Origin: Lytechinus pictus
Lineage: Eukaryota
Reading direction: 5' to 3'
Assembly (NCBI RefSeq): GCF_037042905.1
Contig: NC_087251.1
Span: 39,000,001-39,060,000, forward strand
Length of the DNA: 60,000 nucleotides
This document shows positions 26,901 to 38,771 of this stretch, one piece after another; position 1 is the stretch's first letter; each line of letters starts with the position of its first letter. The notes beneath the pieces were generated by a model that saw only the letters and a list, made by a program, of their open reading frames with translations, was not told the origin of the DNA and did no database searches. A program made the translations under genes and the position numbers.

Positions 26901-29900
26901 ACTCACACTCTAAATGCATGTTTGATGGTGTAGGCCGGTGCCCTAGTCCACATCTACACCGATGGTTCCGTTCTTGTCACACACGGGGGCATTGAGATGG
27001 GCCAGGGTCTACATACCAAGATGATTCAGATTGCTGCTAGGACTCTTGGGATACCTCAGGCAAAGATCCACCTTACAGAAACAAACACTACTAAGGTACC
27101 GAATGCATCGGGAACGGGTGCCAGTACAGGGACAGATCTCAACGGACGGGCAGTACAGGTGAGAATGTAACCTAGAAATGATGCATGCTAATTGTCATAT
27201 TCCTTATCATAGGGCACAGACACAGTCATACTAATCCTTTGGATAGATGTTTAATATTCTTAATACCTATCTTTTGAAATTAAAGAGTTTTATGTTTACT
27301 ATTCCATGTTTGTAATCATTATAAGTGGAGCAGAAGGCTTACTGTAATAGGTATTATAATTTTTATTTCTGCCCCTGGCATTCCAGTTGATTTCTACTAC
27401 GTATGTATTGCTAATTCTGTTCTCTAGATTGTTGTACATGTATATTCTTAATATTGTCTTCATTTTCTGAATGAAAGAAGATGATGATATTTACGATGAT
27501 GATGATGATGATAATGATAATAATAATATTGCAATTTACTTACGAAGTTTTTGATTAAGTCTCACCACGGAAAATGGCTTTTCTGTTATTCAGACCTCAT
27601 ACTCTCATATTTGTTGGATAACTATTGTCTTTATATCTTATTATTTAAGAAAGCTTGTGAGACTCTGAAACATCGACTAGAGCCATACATGTACGCCGAC
27701 CCAAAAGGCGATTGGAACACTTGGGTAAGATGAATGTTCTGTTTTTTTTTGTTCTGACCGATTAGGCCACTTTTTCTTAAATGTTTTCAAATTACAGTAT
27801 CAGAATTAACTTTGAAAAAATATTTTCATATAATTATGTTCGATGATATTTTGTTTTTTTCTTTCATATAAAGATTTTATTCAAAATCAAACACGAAAGC
27901 AATTCAATTTACAGAAAAATCAAGAAGCGAAAATGTTTGCAACAACTGCACATGCGTATTACTATCTAATGATAAAACAAAATTATGAAGTTTTTGACCG
28001 AGAACCCTTTCAATTTCACAATAGCGTTTCAATACATTCGAACTAAAAGACAACCGATCACCCTTACAACGTGTCGAAAAAATGAAATATTTAGCGTGAA
28101 GAATATAACGGTTTATAGTAGAGTATTGATCGTCTGGGCAACCAAACAAAAAAAAAAATATTCAAATACACGTCATTGTTAAAAAAAGAGGTTTGGATCG
28201 AAGTTGTGAATAAATTGCTGAGTTACAGGGCAGTCAAAAACAGATACGAAATACTTTATTTTGATTAATGCAAAACCCTGAAAAAAACATAACTTCATCC
28301 AAAGTATACAAAATGATTTTAAGAGACTTGGCCTCATTTATATAAGATGTTGTGTCATCTGCATAAGAGTTAAGCTTAGTTTCTATTCCATTCACCTTTA
28401 ATATCAATGTTTCCCCTGATCCATAAACACATAATTTCATTGCAAATGATGTAAAGAATAGGAATAGAAAGGCAGCCCTGCCTTACTCAACATAAAATTT
28501 GAAAACATTCTGAAGCTTATTCATTATTCAAAATACAAGAATATATATCATTGTACATAACTCTAATCCATGATATCAAAACTTCACCAAATTTGAAATA
28601 TTTCAAAGCTTGAAGTAAAACAGACCATTCTAATTTATCAAATGCCTATTCTATGTCGGTCATTAACATAAAACCTGGAATATCAATTTCATTTGTAAAT
28701 TCAATCATATCTAAGGCTAACTGAATATTTTCACCAATATACCGACCATGTAAAAATCCTGTCTGGTCATTATCAATAATACTGCCTAACGCATTCGCAA
28801 TCTCAAAGCCAAACATTTTGCCAGAAGTTTATATGCGGTGTTTAGAATAGAGATAGGCCTCCAAGTCTTTTTGGTCTTTTTTATGAATAAGGTGAGTAAT
28901 TCCACTCCTCCGATCCAACGAAAATTTACCTTGTATAAAGGAATAACTAAAACTATTAATCAAAACATCTCCTAATTCTTTTAATACAAATTTGTAGAAT
29001 TCACATGGGAATCCATCCGTTCCTGGTGTCTTGTTGTTATTCATTGATTTCAGAGCATTAACACATTCTTCATTGTTATAACACCTTCACATTTCTTTTG
29101 TAATTCTGATGATGAAATATTTCATTCATCACCCAGAGGTAAAATATCATAAAGATCAATTTGAGACAGATGAGATGATGTTGATAGAGATTGATAATAG
29201 TCTCTGATAGCAATTAGTATTTCTTTTTGTGAAGTCACAATTATATGATTATCAATTTGTAATTTAATTATGACTTTTTGTCGTTGAATTCTCTTTTGAA
29301 GATTTATAAAATAACGTGTATTTCTTTCACCATTTTCGATCCAATTAGCTCCTGCTCTTATAATTGCATCTGCTGCCTCTTTCATATAACATCTCAAGAT
29401 CCTCTTTGCAAGATTTCATCTCATTTTCAACTGATTCAGATTAATTCTGGGAGTAACTGCACTCCAGGGATTTGAGTTTAGCTCGATAATGTTGGTGTAT
29501 TTCATTATTTAACGATGCCATAAAATCGTATTATTGTATTTTTGTTTACTTATTTACTTCATTCTAGAAATAAATGCAATCGTTAATGAAATTATTGAAT
29601 GCTACAAGTAATATGTGGACTGTTTTGTGTCTATCAAGGCATTACGTAATCATAACTCTAGTCAATGATATAAGTTCGTGGATCATAAATAATATAAGCA
29701 TGGACTGTGTCTTCCGACAAATAGATTATTTATCGCACTCACGTAATCTGATATGTTATATCGTCAGGTGGTAGCAGCTTATAACGATCGTGTAAGCTTG
29801 TCAGCAGCTGGCTTTTATAAGTAAGTCACAATGAAGACTTCTAGTAATTATGCCTGCAATATGCACACCATGACTAAAGAAAATAATTATTTTAATGTTC

Positions 29901-32900
29901 CAAATGGTATTATGATGATTTCGAATGAGTTATTGAGAAAATATCGTTTTGACTCAGCGAAGAATTTAAGTCATTGTAACATTTATATTATTTCAGTTAA
30001 AATTTATTTCTGTCAATCAATCCAAGATAAACTAAGTAGACTCATATAATTTCGAACTTTGCTTATATCTTTGACCCAAAAAAATCACAATCAATAAGAA
30101 AGTTTTTCTTTAAACAATTCTTGACAAGTTGATCCTCTCAAAAGTTGTTCTTTCAAAATCCTGCCACTCAACTGATTGTAGTTTTTAAAATATCGTATTA
30201 TTTTTATTAATAGGATATGCCTCATGGTCCATGTAACACTGAAGAAATGTACTAATAAAATTGGAAGTTTTTGATTACATTCATAGTTTTGTATCCTACG
30301 TTCCGCAGGAGAGACGACTTGAATTACGATAAAAAGAAGAACGAAGGAAAACTATTCCCTTACAACACGTACGGTGTCGGGGTCTCCGAAGTGGAGATCG
30401 ACTGCCTTACAGGTGATCATCGAACTCTAAGAACCGATATCGTCATGGACGTCGGAGAAAGCATCAACCCCGCTATCGACGTTGGTCAGGTTAGATAGCT
30501 TCCTTTTTGCCCTCGAGGATTCTTCAGTTAGAAAACTCCTTGATTGTACAGACATCATTGCGCCATGCAAAATCTGTAAATCATCATTGTCATCAAGAAT
30601 TCTCCCGAATTCATATAATTATAAGAGTTAGCTTAATATCATATTTTTCATTTTGATAATTAAATTTTAACAGAATTTTACATTGATGTTTGCTTTCTTA
30701 TATTTTATATTTACACCTGCTATGAGACTCTTATCTTTTTTTTTCTTTTCAAAGAAAGACTTTATTCACCTTTTCTCCACAAATCATATAATCAAATGCA
30801 ATATGCATGTAAATACATAACAAATATATTATATCAATATAATCAATATCTGCAATAAACTTAAGTTGTTGTAAATTCATAATGCGTTCTTAATTTTAAT
30901 TTCTTTTGAAACGAGGAATATGATAATTAACCTTTTAAATATCGAGTAGAAAATATATATAATGTTTAGCATATAATATCAAAATTAAAAGAATGATAAT
31001 TTCTGCCTGGTATGCCAAATACAAAATCATTAAAAGATAACCTAATTGCACTTTTAAGAATGAATTTTTCAAAATCAACTAAAAACCGACGAGAGACGGG
31101 GCGTTACCAAAATAAATGAGCAATGTTTTCAGAGTGTTCTGAACAAAAGGAACACAAATCAGATTGTAATAAACCTACAGTTTTCAAATATTTTATTGAC
31201 ACCAATGATATTATGAAAATTTTATACTGAAAATATCTAAGCTTTGTTGAAAAAGAACATTTAAAAAGAATCATATAAAATCTATCCCAAGTAGCAATTG
31301 GTTTTAAAATAATGCCTCTCCAGTTGTTTTGTGAAATAGGAGTTTTAAAGATTTTCTCGACACGCTTTTTTTATGAATAAGTTTACATACTTTCGTTACC
31401 TTGTTCATACTATTTATAATTTCGTCCTGATAATTGTAATTTTTTTAGGAGGATCTTCACAATTTTTTTCCATTTAACATATAGCAGATATGACACAATA
31501 ATAATTAAGAAAGTTACATTTAATATCAAACTTACGAACGAAATGCAAATGTGTAAGAAAGTTACCATCATGCTTCAGCAAATGAGATATTCTAAAAACA
31601 CCTATATCTATGCAATCTTTTCAAAAAAGTAAAGAGTCTTCTTTTTTTATACAAGAGTTATTCCATATAATTGATTGTGAATAACCTCATCAGGAGGATG
31701 TTCATTAAAGGTTAAATCACACCAAGACTGAAAAACTTCTACGACAAAAATATTATCTATTTGTAAATTTTGTTCATTGTTACTGATATTGCAATTGAAA
31801 AAAAAATTATCACCAAGACCATTCAGGAAGTAATTAAACAAGCACTTCCATTTACCTTTGTAATTATCATTCAAATTCTTTTAACCCTTACAATTTTCAG
31901 GCCCATAATAATCATATAATTGACTGTATATGTAACATTTTAAAGCCACCTACATTATAATCTCCAATAATAGTCTTGCGGTTAATTTTTTTCAGGTTTT
32001 TGGCCCATATAAATTAAAAAATAACCGAGTCCAATTCGTGCAAAAAGATTTAGGATGTTTTGGAAGTACAGATAACAAAAATATAAGTTGGGATATACCC
32101 AGACTCTTATCTTAGTATCATTCATAAATGTAATATGTTCGTACATATTTTTATACAAAGAGATGAAAAAAGTATAGTTTCTTAATTCGTTTGTTAAGGC
32201 ATTAGAATCTAATGACCTGGGTCCCGTTGCAGAAAGAGTTGTGCTTAAACGCAAGTCAAATAATCAATCGCAAGTCAAAAATGTGCGCTGTTGATTGGTT
32301 GAAAATCAAGTTGCGCATGATTTTTAGAGTTGCGATTAATTGCAACTCTTTCTTCGACGGGCTCAAGGACAGTTAGTATAAAACACTTAATAGTATTCTG
32401 ATTATAAACTTATTGTTTTGGTCGGATTAAGCCATTAGGCGATAACTAGGATTTTTCCTGTGATAATATTTTCCTATAATAATTTAGGTCTAAAAATACC
32501 TTCATGGTAATTTAACACTTTATTTTCAATCATTTGTATTTTACTGTTCCAAAAGAATCAGTGACGCCTGTTTCCTAATGAGGTCCGAATGCACAACTGA
32601 CTTTTTTTCCCTACCGCTTGGCCAAGGTATTTCATTCTTACTCTTGTATGGATGTTGCAGATAGAAGGTGCCTTTGTCCAGGGTTATGGTCTCTTTGTCA
32701 TGGAGGACCTGAGATGGTCACCTGATGGTCAGCTCTTGACCAATGGCCCTGGCTACTACAAAATACCTTCGTTTGGTGACGTACCCCTGGAGTTTAACGT
32801 TACTCTACTGAAGAACTCATCTAACCCTGCCAATATCTGTTCATCGAAGGTGAGTAGTTTTAATGACAGAATACATTTTCTCTGAAATATGTTGGAAGTT

Positions 32901-34304
32901 ACTGAAATCCTTGTGCGAGTTGACCTGCAACACATTGTCAGTGAAGAACACTGAAATCTGAAATCATTTTTTTTTTTACTACTAGTGGAACTAGAGGAAA
33001 TTGTTAGTACATCCCTTCCTGAAATAGGCATGTGAGCTGGTAAAATAAAATCTAGCATGAATACATGTACAATCAGTTTTGTCCTGACTACTCTTGTCAT
33101 TACCTAAATCACCGTGGCACGGTACAATTTCACTGGAAGGCCAATAATTGGCGAAAAGACAGATGAAAGACTGTGCATTTGATAAAAATCTGTTAACTAA
33201 ATGTGGATTTGTGTGCGCTATGAACGCCTAGCTTAGCCGGGTAATACAGGAGCGCCTTGAGCACCTAACAAGGTGGATATGTGCGCAATATAAATACCCT
33301 ATATTATTATTATTATTATTTGTAGTTGTATATTATGTACTGTAACTGGCGCTACTTACTAAAGGAAATAAGCGAGCTCTGCAAAAGCTTCTGTAACAGT
33401 ATGGTCATTTCTAAGTGCAGATTAGGACATTAAAATACTAAAGAAATCTTGAAATCATCTACTTCTAGACTGCTAAAATTTGCTATTCTTTCGCCTTTTA
33501 CATTGGGATCAACCGGACCTTATTTTTTTCTTCTTTTCCATAAAGGCTTGTGGGGAGCCACCCTTCTTTTTAGCCTCATCAGTCTTTTTTGCTATCAAGG
33601 ACGCCATGATGTCAGCCAGAGCAGATGAAGGTTTGACTGGTATCTTCCGGTTAGACAGTCCCTCGGTCGCTGAAAGGATTCGACTCGGCTGTGTGGACAA
33701 GTTCACCAAAATGGTAGGTACTCCATACAAGGGAAAGGCTTTTAAGGTCGTCGCACCTTTGTCTTTCTTCCAGCTGTTCGTAATTTACAACGACTTAACG
33801 AACGACTAGTGATCCTTATTAAGGGGCGAAATCAGCACCATTGAATATTTGATGCATAATGTAGCGGGAAAATGCCAACGTACTGTACGTGTGGCCAGCC
33901 ATTTTCTCCTTTAATCCATTTCTTGATAATATCAAGAAATTGTGAAGAATTGATTCTGTTGTCAACAAAGACAATACTTGATATAAGCAAAGGGATTAAG
34001 AAAACGGCTAGCCATAGCCTACGTAAATCAGCGATAATGTTTATGGGTGACAGCCCCATATCTCTCCAGAGACAGATTATGATAAGGGTTGAAAAACGTT
34101 GTATTAGATGAGATTTATTATCTTTGGATTCTCACAATCCCAATCCTCCCATTCTTTTATTCCTGCTACATATCCTTTCATCTCCCCCACTGAATCTTTC
34201 CGTTTCTTTTTATCTATGCTCCCTATCTCTATCTATGTTCTCCTTTTTGTTAGTTCCCATCACCTGAGCCGGGTACCTTCAGACCATTCTTCGTCCGACC
34301 ATGA
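2964..34304 (+). CDS. XDH: Xanthine dehydrogenase/aldehyde oxidase family molybdo-flavoenzyme (XDH-like), multi-exon; first exon lies upstream of the window
   Basis: 31 GT-AG exons join in frame to 1311 codons + TGA: 2964-3021, 3695-3791, 4489-4597, 5799-5987, 6771-6821, 8559-8639, 9537-9681, 10099-10266, 10736-10812, 12089-12188, 12538-12644, 14773-14957, 15426-15591, 16077-16169, 18181-18298, 19154-19205, 19893-20019, 20382-20501, 20825-21046, 21485-21618, 22536-22710, 23550-23741, 24845-24990, 26296-26377, 26934-27158, 27650-27724, 29768-29820, 30309-30489, 32661-32849, 33546-33713, 34254-34304. 2Fe-2S motifs [33 protein letters not shown] motifs GGNTEIG, FFTGYRK, RREDDIA; Moco motifs [20 protein letters not shown]. 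Confidence 0.95.
3022..3694 (+). other. U12-type (minor spliceosome) GT-AG intron in the XDH-like gene
   Basis: 5' splice site GTATCCTC; branch-like TTTCCTTAC at ~3664-3672, about 22 nt before the CAG acceptor; no polypyrimidine tract. Confidence 0.85.
3792..4488 (+). other. Second consecutive U12-type GT-AG intron in the XDH-like gene
   Basis: 5' splice site GTATCCTTTT is a perfect U12 consensus. The branch candidate AATTCTAAC at ~4447-4455 is weaker. Confidence 0.8.
4780..5590. repeat. Intronic minisatellite, ~102-117 bp unit, about 7 copies
   Basis: Recurrent unit gtgttcagatagtggaatgtgtaaatgagctccccactattaaaatgctcacatttaacagtgtggaaatgattttacattcttgacgtctctacagtggg, degenerate at both ends. 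Confidence 0.9.
6947..7257. mobile_element. hAT-like non-autonomous element (MITE) with 8-bp TSD
   Basis: Imperfect TIRs gaagggcagaaatc / gatttccgcccatg, flanked by AATAGTAA at 6939-6946 and 7258-7265. Confidence 0.7.
7732..8042. mobile_element. MITE with long terminal inverted repeats (PIF/Harbinger-like termini)
   Basis: Left ggcccgtattctgaagtcgggtttaagttaaactcaggtttaaagttgtggt matches the reverse complement of right accgcaactttaaacctgagtttaagttaaacccgacttcagaatacgggcc; aag on both flanks. Confidence 0.85.
11201..11769. mobile_element. hAT-like MITE with 8-bp TSD, carrying a tRNA-like fragment
   Basis: TIRs cagaggcgtcgatc / gatcgacgcccctg; TSD CCATCATC at 11193-11200 and 11770-11777; subterminal poly-G/poly-C. 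Confidence 0.8.
11770..12060. repeat. Degenerate (CAT/CAC)n trinucleotide repeat
   Basis: Long run of catcat/caccat units just upstream of exon 12089. Confidence 0.9.
12663..12903. mobile_element. hAT-like MITE
   Basis: TIRs catggccctggaaag / cttcccagggccctg; 7/8 TSD match caagactt / caagacgt. Confidence 0.7.
12921..14264. mobile_element. Tc1/mariner-type non-autonomous element with TA TSD and long degenerate inverted arms
   Basis: ta|cagtgcgtctcagataaaaggaaaccg ... cggtttcattttttctgggacgcactg|ta. Internal arms ~13100-13300 and ~13985-14175 are degenerate reverse complements. 95-bp tandem duplication at the left end (12922-13016 / 13017-13111). Confidence 0.8.
16092..17830 (+). repeat. Tandem array (~162-163 bp unit) derived from the 3' part of XDH exon 16077-16169 plus its splice donor and intron start
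   Basis: The junction ...TTCCAG|GT(A/T)AGTCACTC recurs with exon-side ends at 16169 (real exon), 16333, 16478, 16640, 16803, 16965, 17127, 17290, 17453 (degenerate), 17582 and 17759. Confidence 0.92.
22345..22490 (+). pseudogene. Degenerate partial duplicate of XDH exon 22536-22710 directly upstream of the real exon
   Basis: cgctttatgataggtcgtgatgaggatatagcatcaacagggacaaggcatcgttcttaggtcgctataaggtcgga aligns with the exon's cgttttatgttagatcggaatgaagacatgaaatcgacagggacaagacatccgttcttgggtcgttacacggtcggt, with a 1-nt deletion. Confidence 0.8.
24300..24586. mobile_element. MITE with TACACTGTTA termini; second, truncated copy at 42267-42496
   Basis: TIRs tacactgttaaaaaa / ttttctaacagtgta; ~230 bp nearly identical to 42267-42496. 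Confidence 0.8.
25809..25890 (+). tRNA. tRNA-Ser-GCT: tRNA-Ser (anticodon GCT), intronic in the XDH-like gene
   Basis: 82-nt GACGAGGTGGCCGAGTGGTTAAGGCGATGGACTGCTAATCCATTGTGCTCTGCACGCGTGGGTTCGAATCCCATCCTCGTCG: acceptor stem GACGAGG/CCTCGTC, A and B boxes, GCT anticodon, long variable arm. Confidence 0.97.
25895..25900 (+). terminator. RNA polymerase III terminator (T6) of the tRNA-Ser gene
   Basis: TTTTTT four nt after the tRNA 3' end. Confidence 0.8.
27860..29430 (-). mobile_element. Decayed L1/Tx1-like LINE fragment (RT region)
   Basis: Minus-strand pieces [31 protein letters not shown] and [10 protein letters not shown], broken by stops and frameshifts. Confidence 0.85.
30736..32100 (-). 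mobile_element. Decayed L1/Tx1-like LINE 3' fragment with A-rich tail
   Basis: Minus-strand pieces [20 protein letters not shown] and [18 protein letters not shown] (C-terminal zinc-binding region); T-rich tract at ~30736-30750 is the tail. Confidence 0.75.
33200..33320 (+). mobile_element. Probable SINE/LINE 3' tail fragment
   Basis: agcgccttgagcacc...ggtggatatgtgcgcaatataaat followed by an (ATT)n tail. Confidence 0.45.
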
Positions 34305-37300
34305 ATATACCAAGAACAACCATCCCTCAAGAGCACGGAAGGCATCATAAATATGTATTCGATTGACTGGACTGCAATTTTGAAGACCCTTTTTATGAGT
34401 TTTGTTTTCTACAGGATATCCGAACATCCAATGCAATATTTGTTCATGTATAGATTTCAGTGAAAATATTTTCCGTTGTTTTGTAGGTACTTTTCGACGA
34501 ACGTAGAGGGCGTCAAGTGCTGTGCCGCTGTGCCCCAGAGCTGTGCCCTATACGTTCGTTGATATTTTTGTTTTTATAAATTTGAATATTTAATTCAATC
34601 TGGTTATATGACGTAACAATTCCATTTCTTCGTTTAACTGAGTTAGAACTTAAGGATATAGAAAATGAGAATTCTGTTTACTTCCCACTCTGTATAGGGT
34701 ACTCAATATCAACATTGTCCAGTTTTTCTTTTCTCTTGTGTGCGGAGCGGACAAACAAAACACATACTTTTTGATATTTCATTGATATGGTGCATTGTTT
34801 ATATAAATGTTATTTATCAAAGCGAATGTGTTAACGTCGGATGTATATAGGCAATCAAACTTTGTTATTTATATTTTTCTATGAATCCATGGTGTGTATG
34901 GTAAAATCCTATACATTAAAAAACATGCTTAGGATATTTTTTTATGCTTATAATACAATGCTTTTAAATAAATATAGATACTTTAGCATGTCTCATTTGC
35001 AGAGTTTTTCTTTTGAGAAAATCATTCTATTCATTGCCAAATATACGAGGATAAACGAAATAGTATATAAATAACAATTTGACTTATTACACAATTATAT
35101 TGATGTAATTTGTTGAAATATGTTTCGTTACAATGGGGAGAATCGTAAAAGAATATTGAATGCACAAAAAATGTTTTCGCGTAAAAACAAACAGCTCTAC
35201 ATATGCCTATTTCTTATTTGCATTGATTATCATTGTGATATGTGAAATAAGTGAATCATTACGTTACGATGATGGTGTGGTCTTATTTGTAATAAACTTC
35301 CAAAATGCTTTATTAGAAATAGATTGCTGGGAATAAAGCCTTTGACAATCAATCATTATGGTGATTAAGTTTGCCGATCAAATTTGGAATGTATAAAGTA
35401 AATTCAGAATGATATGAATAGAATGAAAATTGTAATGTTGAAAGTATAAATGCAATTAGTCATTTTTAAAACCAAAACTGTCACTTGTGTGGATTGTTTG
35501 GTATCTTCTTAACTGACGCCTATATTTTCATGTAAATTGATTAAAAATTGTTAACACTGATTTCTTGCCTGGTAACCTAATATATGTCAACATAGTCTTT
35601 TTCTACTTAGCTAGCTTTTGTATTGGTATTAATTTTCCATATCACAACATTAATAAAAATACAAAGTAAATAGGTGTATATACATAATGAAATATGTAGG
35701 CCTGTCATGAACGGTTGAATAAACCCAACTCAGCTTTGTAATTATGCGAAAACAGTTCTTCCGTGTGTTCCAGGAAATATACAGTGTACATTGATTTATT
35801 GATTTTTTTTTTGCTGTAAATATTCACTACATGAATGTGATCATTTTTGTGATAATGTATTTCCCATTATTGAAAAAAATAAAAATCATGCTTACTTTTT
35901 AACGTAAAACATTTTTTAAAAATATTACAGAATTGTTGGTATTGCTATCGGATGGATTAAAACTAAATTTATCTTAATAACAATAGAAGAAGCCGGGTTT
36001 GAAGATTTATATGGGTGTTTTCCTCTTGACCCCCTGCCACCCCCTTTTGCTGACTATCGAGAAAAAATGAATCCGAATCCAGAGAAGTCTTATGGCGGTC
36101 CTGGGGGGGGGGGGGGGCATCCAATGAATAACAAAAAAAAACTTCCAATAGATCAGTATGCAATGGGACAGGTGCGTTGCTATATCCTTTGTTAGTCAAG
36201 AGAAAGTCATTCAACTTTTGTCTGTACAGATGATGGCATTTTATTCTGAGTAAAGAAACTATTAGTCGATGGAGTATTTTTGTTTAATTTCTTTTTTTTT
36301 TCTGCGTTCAAGGAAAGCAATGATTAGATGTTATAAAAGATAAACAGTAGCAAGAGCTTAAAGTAACTGAAAAAAACGTGATGTCGAGTACATGATTTAA
36401 GTCATGATTCAATTGAAAATATATGCAGTGTGGAAAGCAGGAAACCGCCATCGCGAGTGGTAAGGGTTGAATATAGATATGTGTTGCATTGGCATTGGTA
36501 TGTCCATAACTGTAATTGAATTTTTAAGAATGATTAATTTCAATGTATGAGGAATTTATGTATCATAATTATTATAACACAATTAGTACTATTATTGTCT
36601 TATATGAATGCTCGTTACGAGCAGGGCAAATGACAGCCTTGTTTAATGAAAACAGCGTCGGTGGTCATTCACTTTGCCTTTGTCTCATAATGATTGATCT
36701 AAACTTGACATAATTATGAGGCCACGCATACACGCACCACTTCCAATGATTTTTTTGGGGGTGCCTGAGGCACCCCCGCTTACCAGGGCCATGTTCTAAG
36801 CCCCGACTGTACTCCAAGCCACTCCTATAGTACCAATGAGGTCCAAACATTATATGTATGCTCCAAGCTGAGGTCTATCCGCCCTCTCACACGGTACCAA
36901 AATCGTAATTTGAATGACGATTCCAGTGAAAAATAATTCTAATGACAAATTTCCAGCAGGTGTGAAACCAAACTAGAATCCTGAACGCCAATCACGAATT
37001 CAAATTCTACTCCGGTTTCACTCAAATTACGGTACGAAATTTACGACCTGCAAAACAACTGTTGAGGGGCGGAGCTTACCTGACATTTCAAGCACTTCCG
37101 TATAGATAATACAATTGTCATGCACTCATCGTAATTTCTTTTTTTTTTTCAATGCAGTGCTTTGATTGGGTTTGATTGACAAATCACAAAGGACACAATA
37201 CCGCCTTCACTCAGGAATTCGAATTCAAAAAATCAGTTTTCGAGTGAACGTGTGAATGGTACACTGATTCTAAATACAAATTTCAATCATTACAAAGATG

Positions 37301-37399
37301 ATTCAAGATTCTCGTGTGAAAAGGCCCTAGGTTGTATTGGAATGTAGCCTTAGAACGATCAACGGAGATTTGACGCATTTACTCCGGAGAAACTCTGCA

Positions 37400-37619
37400 A
37401 CGCATCGATTCCTTTGAAAATGCAATTAAAATCACAATTGAGAGCTGAGAGGCTTTTGTCGAAATTTGGTGGACTGGGACAGCCGATCATCCGAAGATTT
37501 GCACCAGACGAACAATTGCAAATTTTGTCGTTTTCCAGAGTCAATGGATTCCGATTTCGACAAAAGCCTCTCAGCTCTCCTTTGTGATTTAACTTCCATT
37601 TTCGAAGGAATTGGTGCGT
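37400..37619. repeat. Inverted repeat / hairpin (probable decayed MITE), also present in copy 2 (~55997-56215)
   Basis: Perfect 26-bp core gagagctgagaggcttttgtcgaaat / atttcgacaaaagcctctcagctctc inside ~65-bp imperfect arms. Confidence 0.75.
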
Positions 37620-37869
37620 AGTAAATAAGAAAAGTATGGATATAAATTCAATTGAATATATTTGGAGAAAGCCGAATCAAGGAAAATACACATTAAAAAC
37701 AGATCGATCGAATATTTGTACTCTCTTAATACGAATGATCTAATCTGGTCCCTATAATCACACTCGTCTCGGTGTGAGATGATCTCACTCCTTATGAAGT
37801 GAGTTTTGCATCTTTTGAGACTGGAATAAAGGATGCACAAGCAATATTCACTCAAAAAGGAGTCATAAT

Positions 37870-38376
37870 CACTAGCGTACCTACGGGGGGGGGGCAGGGG
37901 GGGCACTCTGCCCCCCTGACGAGCCACAACCCATACAAAATACATATCACTGCCCCCCTAACGAGCATGAAAGACCTTTTATGCCCCCCCTGACGAGCTT
38001 GAAGACCTTTTATGCCCCCCTGACGAGCTTGAAGACCTTTATTGCCCCCCTGATGAGCTTGAAGACCTTTTTTTTTTTTTTCTTTTTTTTTTCTTTTTTT
38101 TGCTTGTCAATTTTTTTTCTGGTACAATAACCGTTATTTTTTATTGAAGACCTTTTTTTTTTTTTTTTGCTTGTCAATTTTTTTTCTGGTACAATAACCG
38201 TTATTTTTTATTGAAGACCTTTTTTTTTTTTTTTGCTTGTCAATTTTTTTTCTGGAACAATAACCTTTATTTTTGATTGAAGACTTTTTTTTTTTTTTTT
38301 TTTTTTTTGGCTTGTCAATTTTTTTGGCGGCCGATTTTGCCCCCCCCCCCCGTGGAAAATCCTAAGTACGCCACTG
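37870..38376. mobile_element. hAT-like MITE inserted only in duplication copy 1
   Basis: TIRs cactagcgtacct / aagtacgccactg; TSD GTCATAAT at 37862-37869 and 38377-38384; single empty GTCATAAT at 56468-56475 in copy 2; internal tandem gcccccctgacgagcttgaagacc units. Confidence 0.9.
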
Positions 38377-38771
38377 GTCATAATGCACTCTAAATGATGT
38401 GTACAGTTCACTTCAAAGGGATTGGTCCCTGGTATCACTCCGAGAGGAATGTGATAAGGGACCAAACAGATCCTTTCCATTTAGAGACAACAAGGAACAT
38501 GCCATTGGCGGACCAGGGGGAGGGGGCAAATCTGGCTCGTGCACCCCCCCCTCCCCCTGTGGGTCATTAAATGAAATATTTGTAGAGGAAAATGTTAGGG
38601 AAGCGCAATTGAAGACCTTTTTATTCTTTTTTTTTTTAGCTTGTCAATTTTTCTGAACAAAAATACCCCCCTTCTAAAAAATCCTGAATCCTCCCCTGAT
38701 TATCGCTTATATAACCTCTCATCCATTTCCAAAGTGGCTACTGCGCTTGGACCGCCCATCATTTTTTATGA

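Noticed and set aside
27860..32100. The two L1/Tx1-like fragments as one element split by XDH exons
   Set aside because: On the minus strand the 3'-end piece comes before the RT piece, and conserved XDH exons lie between them. Independent decayed insertions fit better.
2964..34304. XDH-like gene as a pseudogene, or as a canonical aldehyde oxidase
   Set aside because: All 31 exons join without stops or frameshifts. The NAD-associated FFTGYR and REDDIA motifs are retained, which argues against a typical AOX.
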